Shown piece by piece: positions 1 through 8,800 of a DNA stretch of 64,000 nt. Within the stretch, counting starts at the first letter, position 1, and every line of letters begins with the position of its first letter. This DNA is from Bacilli bacterium (GTDB lineage Bacteria > Bacillota_I > Bacilli_A > RF39 > JBKDZI01): positions 8,704 through 72,703 of the forward strand of contig JBKDZI010000025.1 of NCBI GenBank assembly GCA_047971215.1, read 5' to 3'. A model generated the notes under the pieces. It worked only from the letters and a program-made list of their open reading frames with translations. It did not search any database and was not told the origin of the DNA. The position numbers were made by a program, and so were the translations under genes.

Positions 1-150
1 TTATTCAAAAAGATTTAAATTCTAATATTATGGAAGAAATATTAAAAAGTAAAGATAGAAGAAATGCATTTATAAAAATTTCTAGTGTAGGATTATATTT
101 AAAAGATGTTTATTATAAATAAAAATCAATAGTTTTCCACCATTGATTTT

Positions 151-696
151 TTATAATTCTCTAATTTTACCTTTTTTCTCAAACGGATCTTTTTTATTAA
201 TTCTATCGTAATACAATTTACCATCTAAATGATCAATTTCATGAGCAAAGGCTATAGAAAGTTCTTCTCTAACTCTATAAATTTGTTTTTCACCATTTTC
301 ATCAAAGCATTCTACTTTTAATCGTGCATGTCTTGGAACTATTCCTTCATAATCTTTTGTAACAGAAAGACAAGCTTCTCCAGCGCCAACACAAATCATT
401 TCGGCAGACCTACTTAAAATTTTAGGATTTATTACAACATAATTTTTAAATTTATTATCTTCATACTCATGTACTATAACAAAAATCTTTTTAGGTATTC
501 CAAGTTGTATAAAAGCTAAACCCATACCAGGTATAATATCATATTTATCAGCCAATTCTAAATTTTGACTATTAGTAAGATAAGTAATTATTTCTTTAAT
601 TATTTCTTTATCTTCATTTGAAAGAGGAAAAGTTACATCTTCTGATTTTTGACGAAGAATTTTATTTTTATCATTAACAATGTTTAAAAGTTTCAT
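151..696 (-). CDS. def: Peptide deformylase. The likely start is the MKLLNIV methionine; the track ORF extends 4 codons further upstream.
   Basis: Motifs GxGxAAxQ-like (GLAFIQLGI), EGCLS and HEIDHLDG are recognisable in the translation. Length is about 181 aa. Confidence 0.85.
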   Translation of the reverse strand: MKLLNIVNDKNKILRQKSEDVTFPLSNEDKEIIKEIITYLTNSQNLELADKYDIIPGMGLAFIQLGIPKKIFVIVHEYEDNKFKNYVVINPKILSRSAEMICVGAGEACLSVTKDYEGIVPRHARLKVECFDENGEKQIYRVREELSIAFAHEIDHLDGKLYYDRINKKDPFEKKGKIREL

Positions 697-777
697 AAAT
701 ACCACCATTAAATATAATAAGAGAAAAAAATGGAAAAGTCAAACAATAAAAGAAGCAAACGCTTCTTTTTGGTTAAA

Positions 778-960
778 TTAAAGAGCAACTCTAGTACCAA
801 TTACTATTACTAGTAATATAAATAATACTAAAATTATAGCTGCTGTACTACCAAAACTACCTTGGTTTTGATAACAATAAGCAGGGTAAGGTTGTCCGCA
901 TGATTGTCCACAAGATGATTGTCCGTAACCAGAAGCTCCACCGTATCCATAATAATACAT
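778..960 (-). CDS. Small Gly/Tyr/Cys-rich protein with a C-terminal transmembrane helix (YjcZ-like sporulation protein family?)
   Basis: The 60-aa reading frame MYYYGYGGASGYGQSSCGQSCGQ...AAIILVLFILLVIVIG follows a strong AGGAGG RBS at the correct spacing. The longer track ORF (107 aa) lacks an RBS. The composition resembles YjcZ-type small spore proteins. Confidence 0.45.
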   Translation of the reverse strand: MYYYGYGGASGYGQSSCGQSCGQPYPAYCYQNQGSFGSTAAIILVLFILLVIVIGTRVAL

Positions 961-1074
961 ATTAATTACCTCCTTATATGATAGTTTATTTATTTTTAGT
1001 AAAATTGTTATAATTAACGCCCAAAATATTTTAAAATTGTTATATATATGATATATTAATGTAGAGGTAATACT

Positions 1075-2283
1075 ATGAAAAAGGATACTATATTTAATCA
1101 TATTGATAAACCATTATTGTTATTATTGCTGATTACAACATTATATGGACTTATAATGCTTTTTAGTGCTAATAGTATTACATCCTTAATTTCAACTCAA
1201 AATATATATTCTGAGTTTTTAAAACAATTTGTCTATTTACTTTTGGCCTTTATTCTTTATTTTATATTAGCAAAATTACCAACAAGAATTTATAAAAAAT
1301 GTATTCCAATTTTAATTTGGCTATCATTTTTTTCTCTTATTTTAGTTTATTTTTTTCCTTCAACAAGAGGAGTTCACAGTTGGATTAAATTTGGTCCAAT
1401 TTCATTACAACCTAGCGAGTTTTCTAAAATAATTTTTATTGTTTATATGGGAGTGTTTTATGGACAAAATATTAAGAAAAAAGCTTTAAAATATACTTGG
1501 TTCATTCCTTTAATAATTGGAGTAATTTTTTGGTTATTAATTTTTATGCAAAAAGACCTTGGAACATCAATAGTTCTTGCAGGTATAGTTTATTTCACAT
1601 TTATATCTTTGCCACTTCAAATAAGAATACAAAATTACTATACAAAAAAAATCAGTCCAAAAATAAATTTTAGGATAACAAGTATTTTTAAAACATTAGG
1701 CTTATTAGGTATAGTTTTCTTGTTTGGATTATTAATATCAGGTGGATTAAATATTATCTTAACTAAAACCCAAATAGAGCGTATTAAATTTGATGATGTA
1801 TGTACTAAAGAAAAATATTATACTACTGGTATGCAACTTTGTAATAGTTTTATTGCTTTTAATAATGGTGGACTTACAGGACTTGGAATAGGTAATAGCA
1901 AACAAAAACTTTTATATTTACCAGAACCTGATAATGATTTTATTTTTGCTATTGTGGTAGAAGAAACAGGGGCACTAGGTGGTATGATAGTTCTTATTTT
2001 AGTATTATCTATTATTTATAGATGTTTAGTAATTTCTAAAAATTCTACTACATTACAAAATTCAATAATATCTTTAGGCGTTGGTGTTTTTCTTTTAATG
2101 CATGTTTTAATAAATGTTGGAGGTGTTAGTGGAGCAATACCTATGACAGGACTACCATTTCCATTTTTTTCATCAGGAGGATCCTTTTTATGGACAATAT
2201 TTATTTCTATGGGAATTGTATCTAGAATATCAATTGAAAATAGTTTAAATCAAAAAAAAATAAGAAGAACAGTTAAATTGTAA
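1075..2283 (+). CDS. SEDS-family peptidoglycan glycosyltransferase (FtsW/RodA/SpoVE family)
   Basis: About 10 TM segments are visible. The conserved SEDS motifs FxIxxEExGxxG (FIFAIVVEETGALGG) and the GGLTGLGIGNSKQK-type loop are present. Confidence 0.85.
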   Translation: MKKDTIFNHIDKPLLLLLLITTLYGLIMLFSANSITSLISTQNIYSEFLKQFVYLLLAFILYFILAKLPTRIYKKCIPILIWLSFFSLILVYFFPSTRGVHSWIKFGPISLQPSEFSKIIFIVYMGVFYGQNIKKKALKYTWFIPLIIGVIFWLLIFMQKDLGTSIVLAGIVYFTFISLPLQIRIQNYYTKKISPKINFRITSIFKTLGLLGIVFLFGLLISGGLNIILTKTQIERIKFDDVCTKEKYYTTGMQLCNSFIAFNNGGLTGLGIGNSKQKLLYLPEPDNDFIFAIVVEETGALGGMIVLILVLSIIYRCLVISKNSTTLQNSIISLGVGVFLLMHVLINVGGVSGAIPMTGLPFPFFSSGGSFLWTIFISMGIVSRISIENSLNQKKIRRTVKL

Positions 2284-2330
2284 TTTCTTTTTTCTTTTTG
2301 TGGTATAATATAATTAAGGAGATGATAGTT

Positions 2331-2852
2331 ATGAAAATAATGATACGTGGAAGTAAAGTTGAAGTTACAAATTCAATGAAAAACATGATTGAAAAGAAAT
2401 TAAGTAAAGTTAATAAATTTATAGCTGATGAAAATAAAGAATGTAAAGTTGTAATTAAACAACAACATAGAAATTACAAAATTGAAATTACGATTAATAC
2501 TCCTTACTTTTTAATAAGAGCTGAGGCTTTAAATGATGATATGTATTCTACTATTGATTTAGTGGTAAGTAAACTTGAAAGACAATTAAGAAAGACTAAT
2601 GCTAAATTAAAAAAACATAAAAATGTTAGTGTATTTTCTTTTGAAGAATTTAATAATCCTACAATTGAAGAAGATTCATTAATTGAGAAAAGAAAAACAG
2701 TTGAACTTAAACCTATGAGTGAAGAAGAAGCAATACTTCAATTGGAACTTATTGGACATAGTTTTTATATATTTAAAAATTCTGATACAAATAGTGTTTG
2801 TTTACTTTATAAAAAAGGAAATGGAAATTACGGAATTATTGAAACTAATTAA
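2331..2852 (+). CDS. hpf: Ribosome hibernation promoting factor (long form, S30AE family)
   Basis: The N-terminal S30AE/YfiA-like domain (MKIMIRG..VEVT..M...IEKKL.K) and the C-terminal dimerisation domain typical of long HPF are both present. An RBS AAGGAG precedes the ATG at 2331. Confidence 0.8.
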   Translation: MKIMIRGSKVEVTNSMKNMIEKKLSKVNKFIADENKECKVVIKQQHRNYKIEITINTPYFLIRAEALNDDMYSTIDLVVSKLERQLRKTNAKLKKHKNVSVFSFEEFNNPTIEEDSLIEKRKTVELKPMSEEEAILQLELIGHSFYIFKNSDTNSVCLLYKKGNGNYGIIETN

Positions 2853-2861
2853 TATTTATAA

Positions 2862-2892
2862 AACTCAATATAAAATTGAGTTTTTTATTTAA
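2862..2892 (+). terminator. Rho-independent terminator after hpf
   Basis: The hairpin aaactcaat-ataaa-attgagttt is followed by a T-run. Confidence 0.6.
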
Positions 2893-2944
2893 AAATTAAT
2901 ACTTGTATTTTTGTGAGATAATGTTATAATTGTATTAAATATTT

Positions 2945-2985
2945 GCTTTCTTAGCTCATTTGGTAGAGCAATTGACTCTTAATCA
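2945..2985 (+). pseudogene. Truncated tRNA-Lys 5'-half copy (acceptor 5' strand through anticodon loop, no 3' half)
   Basis: GCTTTCTTAGCTCATTTGGTAGAGCAATTGACTCTTAATCA matches the 5' 40 nt of the intact tRNA-Lys at 3306, including the spliced CTCTTAATC junction. No T-arm or acceptor 3' strand follows. Confidence 0.6.
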
Positions 2986-3120
2986 TAAGGTCTAAACTCT
3001 ACTATACTTAAACAAACCCTTATAGATAAAGGTTTTAGAGTTAATGAACATAAGTTAAACACTCTATCGTACGTAGAATGTACGTAGAAAAAGAAAAAAA
3101 GCACTAAAAGTGCAATAAAT

Positions 3121-3162
3121 GGGACGTTAGCTCAGTTGGTAGAGCAACTGACTCTTAATCGG
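3121..3162 (+). pseudogene. Truncated tRNA-Lys 5'-half copy
   Basis: GGGACGTTAGCTCAGTTGGTAGAGCAACTGACTCTTAATCGG is near-identical to the 5' exon of the downstream tRNA-Lys plus the first 4 nt of exon 2. It has no 3' half. Confidence 0.65.
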
Positions 3163-3305
3163 CGAGTGTCATTAAGCAAATAAGGTGTAACCCCTTTACT
3201 GATAAGGGTTTATAATATATAGGAATTATACTAATACATGAAATATCGGACTTTTATCGGACAACCGATTAAAAAACATGATTTTTATGTTATAATTCTA
3301 TTCAT

Positions 3306-3647
3306 GGACTGTTAGCTCAGTTGGTAGAGCAACTGACTCTTGGTAATCACACTGGGAGTGTATCATAGTAATATGATAATGAAAATCGAGCAAAAACGGT
3401 AAACGCTGAAATGCTAATACCGTGCTAACTTAATAGATAACGATAAGGCTATTAAGCAGTGTAACGCATAGGAACTGAATAAATATAATGTTCCCACGAA
3501 TGCTTGACAACCTACTTTATAATAAAGGGTTGATAATGTATGCTGAACTATATAGAACAACAATATATAGATGTATCGGATAAAAAGCCAATACGATAAC
3601 AAAATGTAATCAGTGGGTCTGGAGTTCGAGCCTCCAACAGTCCACCA
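3306..3647 (+). tRNA. tRNA-Lys(CUU) interrupted in the anticodon loop by an intron of about 266 nt. The exons are 3306..3340 and 3607..3647, with CCA encoded.
   Basis: The 5' exon is GGACTGT TA GCTC AGTTGGTA GAGC A ACTGA CTCT. The 3' exon is TAA TCAGT GGGTC TGGAG TTCGAGC CTCCA ACAGTCC A CCA. Acceptor, D, anticodon (ACTGA/TCAGT) and T stems all pair. The spliced anticodon loop is CTCTTAA. Confidence 0.8.
3341..3606 (+). ncRNA. Putative group I intron in tRNA-Lys
   Basis: The 5' exon ends in U, which can pair with G in a P1 helix (exon ACUCU with intron GGAGU at intron nt 15-19). The intron ends in G before exon 2. The size of about 266 nt is typical of bacterial tRNA group I introns. No long internal ORF is present; the 62-aa track ORF on the minus strand is spurious. 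Confidence 0.55.
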
Positions 3648-3725
3648 TGAAGTAATTTAAGGGCTACTAGCAATAGTACTCTTTTTTAGTGTTATAATTA
3701 TATTGCTCCGACATTAGTAAATGTC

Positions 3726-4724
3726 TTGAGTGATATTCTAGCATGCGATAATACAATGTCTATCAATTTGTTGAACACATATAAAAATAAAACTGAAGAA
3801 TTATCAATTTTTTTAAATGATTTAAATCGTCAAGGCATAAAATATAATAATTTATTTGTTGATAGTGAACATACTGAAGAAATATTATCATTAATTGAAA
3901 AATTAGTATATGATGGGTTTGTACAAAAATCATACGAAGAAATTTTTAGATGTGATTGTGGCAAAGTTGATATATTAAAACAAGGCATCAATCCTAGTGT
4001 AAGTAAATTGTATTATGAAAAGAATGATGAATATTATTGTAAAGATTGTGGTACTGAATGCAAATCTTTTAAAGAGGAAGTATTAACCCTAGAATTGCCT
4101 GAAGACATTGATGACTCTTTAATAATAGTACCAACCTTCTTAAAAAATGATGCTAATCATTTAAGTAAAACTTTTAAGGGAAGCAAATTACTTGTTTCGA
4201 AACAAAGAGAAACTGGTCATCAAATAACTATTAACGATAAAACCTTTAATATAGATGTCGATTTTATTTGGACTAACTATTTTAGATTATTTGATAATGA
4301 ACAAATTATTATGCTTGCAAGCAATCATCAAACTTATCAAATGTATTTACTGAATTATTTAAACAGAATCATTGGTGGCAATGAAATTTGTTTTGTTGCT
4401 AATCCCTACATGAACCAATCTAAAACTATAAATCCATTGACTGAATACGAAAAAACAACTGACGATATTTACAAAAAATTATTTATTCTATACAACTTGA
4501 AATGGAGAAACAAAAATTGTGATTGGTCTAGAAGTGTAATAGATTACTTGAGTAATACAAGTATTACAAGAAGAAATAATTTGTATAAGGTTATCCAAGA
4601 TTGCGGAAAAAAATTTAACGAAAGCAAAATGCAAACTGATTTATATTTAGAAAGTATTTTACACAAAGGAATAAATATGCAAACAAATATTCCTGAGTCA
4701 AAAAAACTAGTAAAAAGATTATAA
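3726..4724 (+). CDS. Hypothetical protein with paired CxxC zinc-ribbon motifs
   Basis: The frame is 332 aa with CDCGK...CKDCGTEC. No synthetase HIGH or KMSKS motifs are present. It is the first gene of the island downstream of the tRNA. Confidence 0.4.
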   Translation: MSDILACDNTMSINLLNTYKNKTEELSIFLNDLNRQGIKYNNLFVDSEHTEEILSLIEKLVYDGFVQKSYEEIFRCDCGKVDILKQGINPSVSKLYYEKNDEYYCKDCGTECKSFKEEVLTLELPEDIDDSLIIVPTFLKNDANHLSKTFKGSKLLVSKQRETGHQITINDKTFNIDVDFIWTNYFRLFDNEQIIMLASNHQTYQMYLLNYLNRIIGGNEICFVANPYMNQSKTINPLTEYEKTTDDIYKKLFILYNLKWRNKNCDWSRSVIDYLSNTSITRRNNLYKVIQDCGKKFNESKMQTDLYLESILHKGINMQTNIPESKKLVKRL

Positions 4725-4756
4725 TAATAGTAAAATAAATATATGGAGATGATATA

Positions 4757-5443
4757 ATGTATAGTATATTTTTTAGTAAAATAGAACTTGGTATGGATTT
4801 AGTAATAGAACCATTAAAAAAAATCGTTAAACTTAATTCTAAAATTGCAATTTTTCCTTGGGCTTTTCCTATTGAAATAACTTCCAAAGAATTTGAAACT
4901 GATTATTTTCCAGTCAAAGGAAAAAGATACAATAAATATTTAAATGAATTAAAGAAAATTGGAATAGAAGAACAAAATGTGATTGTATGTAATCCTTATA
5001 AAGATACAAGAAAAGAATTACAAGAAATTATTAAAACTAGTGATATTTTATTACTACCTGGTGGTAATCCTGAAATGTTTTTTAAAAAAATATTACACGA
5101 CACAGAATTAATATATGATTTTAAACATTATAAAGGAATTGTAATTGGTGAAAGTGCTGGAACTGAGTTACAATTAAAAAGATATTTTATTACAAGTAAA
5201 AATAATTACTATGAATATTTTGCTGTTTATGATGGATTTGGACTAATAGACAATGAATTTTATATAGATGTCCATACACAAGATAATGAAGAATACCTTA
5301 ATGAATTGAATAAGTATTCAAAGAAAACAAAATCAAATATTTATGCAATATTTGATGATGGTGCTATAATCTATAATAGAAAAACAAATGATTTAGAACA
5401 ATTTGGTAACATTAAAATTGTAGAGCCTAACGAAGAAAGTTAG
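4757..5443 (+). CDS. Peptidase S51 family protein (dipeptidase E / cyanophycinase-like)
   Basis: The LLLPGGNPEMF motif and the GESAGTELQL serine-nucleophile motif (GxSAG) are present. Confidence 0.55.
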   Translation: MYSIFFSKIELGMDLVIEPLKKIVKLNSKIAIFPWAFPIEITSKEFETDYFPVKGKRYNKYLNELKKIGIEEQNVIVCNPYKDTRKELQEIIKTSDILLLPGGNPEMFFKKILHDTELIYDFKHYKGIVIGESAGTELQLKRYFITSKNNYYEYFAVYDGFGLIDNEFYIDVHTQDNEEYLNELNKYSKKTKSNIYAIFDDGAIIYNRKTNDLEQFGNIKIVEPNEES

Positions 5444-5737
5444 GTTTTTCTATGTGTGTGCCTATTAGTCCACTATACTGCTTTTGTTTATTCTAAATAA
5501 TTAGATTTGAAATGATACCCCCTAGTGATTATTTATCATTCAGTCGGACAGTAAATCGGACAAATATTTAATAAAGAGTATTAAAAGATAATAAGTCATG
5601 TTATTGCTATAATAGACAATCGCTAGTATATACTAGTATTTATCACTTTATAATAAACCATAATAACTAACTTTTAAAACTCTTAATCGCTAGGTCGTGT
5701 GTTCTAGTCACACAGGGAGCACCATTAAGAATTTAAG

Positions 5738-5768
5738 ATGGTATCTTTGGATATCATCTTTTTTAATG
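5738..5768 (+). terminator. Rho-independent terminator
   Basis: The hairpin agatggtatc-tttg-gatatcatct is followed by TTTTTT. Confidence 0.5.
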
Positions 5769-5865
5769 ATATAATAGTGATAGAAAACTTCTGTTTATAT
5801 AGTTAAGTTTGTGAGGTGTAAATATAACTAATGATAAAAAGTATATAGATTATATTAATGAAAAA

Positions 5866-8800
5866 ATGGTTTTATTGAATGAAAGCGTTAGGTTAAGTGG
5901 GAAACAAAGTTTATTTGATATAAATATTATAAGCGAAAACTTCTACAGAGATTTATTAGGAATAATTGAAGATGATGAACTTGCGAATGGGAATTTCTTT
6001 GAACAGAATAATGCTGTTTTTGACTTATATAGTGATAAAACAAGGAAATGTTATCAAGTAACTTCAAGAAATGATAAAGCTAAAATTGATGACACTATCG
6101 ACAGTTTTAATAATACGGAGAAGAAACTTTATAATAATTATGATTTACATTTTATAATTATTGGTAAAAAAGTTAATAATCAAAAAATTGTTAAATCTAT
6201 AAATGGTACTCTATTTGATACAAGAAAAATAATAGATTCAGATGATATTTTAACTAAAATTAAAAATTGCAGTATAGAAAAGAAAAAAGAAATATTTGAT
6301 TTTTATAGAAAATATTTTGATAATCAATTAATTAATTTAGATATAAATTTTTTTAGAAACATTTTAGAAGAAAATATTGAAAATTTAGGAGAACGATATA
6401 ATAAACTTATTAATATTTTGACCCCTTTAAATGATTCATTATCTACCTACTTTGTTAATTCAAATGACAAATATAAGTGGCTTAATTCATCAAAATTTTC
6501 TATTGAAAAACTTATTTTAAAAGGTGTTTCGCTAAATACATATAATGACGACTTTATAATTTTTAATAAGGAAGTTAGAAATAATGTCTTTTCAAATATT
6601 ATTATATATTTAAATAATGTTATTAAAAAAACGGATGTATTATTAGAAAGTTTAGATTCGAAAGATGATAAAAATTATTATACAATCAATGAATTAAATA
6701 AACAAAAAGATATTTTATTAGGTATTATTAATAACTTTAGTGTTGCCAATAAGAGTTTGTTTGTATTAAAAGGAAAAGCTGGTATGGGTAAAACACATAC
6801 TGTTACTTATTTTGTAAAAAATGAAATCGAAGAATACAATAAATACTCTTTACTAATTTTAGGACAACATATTAATCAAAGAAGTTCAATAGATTCACAA
6901 ATTATAAATAATTTGAATCTAAATATGACTTTTGATGAGTTGCTTTTTGCTTTGAATGAATATGGATATAAAAAGGATTGTACAGCATCTATAGTTATTG
7001 ACGGAATAAATGAAGGATTGGAATCTTATAATTGGAGAAACTATATTAATGGAATTGTTCAAAAGATTTCCAGATATAACTTTGTAAAAGTATTAATTAG
7101 CATACGTAGTGAATATGTTGATAGCTGTTTGCCAGATGAATTGTTCAATAATGATTTAGTATATACAAAAGAGCATCAAGGATTTAAAGAAAATTTTACT
7201 ACTATAATGACTCAAGTATTTGATTGTTACGACTTAACAATGCCTGTTTTTCCAATCATTGACCATAATTTTTCTAACCCGTTATTTGTTTTTACATTTT
7301 GCAAAATGGTAAAAAAACTAAATAAACCACTAATTATAAAAAAGTATGATGATTTCACTCAGGTCTATATTGATTATATTAATCTCGTTTCAACAAAATT
7401 ATCAGCTTTATTTCATTACGAAAAAGACGATGAAATATTGCAAAACATAATCAAAACATTCATAAACTTTATTTTAGAAAATAAAACTAATTATATTTAT
7501 AAAAAGGATTTACTAAAAATTATAACTGATTCTACTAATGGATATGGTATTGTTGCGAATGATTACCTAATTGCAATGAAAAGTGAAGGATTGATTTACA
7601 AAGATTATGCTTATGTTAAAAATGGAGAAAAAGACGATGCTTATGCTGATGTGATAAGATTTTCATTTGAACGATACGAAAAAATACTGACTGCAACATA
7701 TTTGTTAGATAAGTACAATGATGTTGAAACATTGGAAAGTGACATCAATAACGAAAATAATATTGGGGAATATTTTTCTACATCTAGATATAATATAGAT
7801 TTTGGTTTAATACAGGAGCTTTTTATTATTATACAAAATAGATTTAAAACGGAGATATATGATATTATTGATTTTTCTGGTACGGAGGGTTATTTTCAAG
7901 CCAGATTATCTTAAATTTATATTGAAAGTTTGATATGGAGAAAAGAAATATACGATGGTAAGGAACTAGAAAATTTTAGAACTTTTATTAATGATTTTGT
8001 TGCAAAAGATTTAGAAATATTTGATATATTTATAAAATTATTGATTAAAACATCTTTTATTAAAAATCATCCATTAAATTCTGATTTTTTACATAACTGG
8101 CTTTTTAATAAAAAATTAGGAGAACGAGATTATATTTGGACGATAACTATAAATAACCTATATTTGTATGACAACGAAATATTTGATATGTTGTATGAAT
8201 ATTGTATGACACAGGGAAATAAAAACCTTGATGATGAAACTATCTTGCTATTTTCACAATTATTAGGTTGGTTTTTTACATCTTCTAACAGAAAAATGAG
8301 AGACAAGTTTACAAAATGTCTCGTATCTATACTAGAAAACAAAATACATTTAATGACTAATCTCATCGATATTTTTTTGGAAGTTGATGATATGTATGTG
8401 CTTGAAAGAATATTAGCAGGGTGCTATGGAGAGATATTAAGAAGTGACATATTGGAGCCTAGCAATGTATTTTCCGACTATATTTATAATAGTTTTTTCA
8501 AAGATAAAGTATTAAATCCTAATATCCTAATTCGCCATTATTGTAAATCAATCATTGAATTTGCTACTAGAAATTTTACTATGAATTTTGATATCAATGA
8601 AATATATAATCATAAAAAAAATGAATGGTACAAACAGAAAGAAATTCCTACCTCGGAAGAAATAAAAGAAAAATATGTTTATGACTATAGAGACGAAAAA
8701 ATAAAAAGATATTATTTTTCTTCAAATACAATAGTAAGCTCAATGACTACGGAACATAGTGACCTTGGAATGTATGGAGATTTTGGTAGATATATTTTTG

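Noticed and set aside
2945-3162. tRNA copies 1 and 2 could be complete, separate tRNA genes, possibly with their own introns.
   Set aside because: No T-arm or complementary acceptor 3' strand (ACGTCCC / AGAAAGC) is found within several hundred nt after either copy.
3414-3602. The 62-aa minus-strand ORF could be an intron-encoded homing endonuclease.
   Set aside because: It is too short for a LAGLIDADG or GIY-YIG enzyme and is on the wrong strand relative to the intron. It has no motif and is probably spurious.
3726-4724. The Zn-knuckle protein could be a MetRS-like aminoacyl-tRNA synthetase fragment.
   Set aside because: No HIGH or KMSKS motifs or Rossmann fold signature are present. Only the Cys knuckles are similar.
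4615-4887. Antisense or overlapping small ORFs (4615..4887, 8130..8366, 9126..9422, 22185..22436, 25627..25851, 26200..26394, 31630..31848, 32107..32289, 32525..32776, 33087..33284, 37060..37311, 37429..37641, 48064..48258, 48375..48584, 54385..54693, 55267..55617, 59859..60053)
   Set aside because: All lie within or antisense to well-supported genes. They have Leu/Ile/Phe-rich low-complexity translations typical of AT-rich antisense frames.
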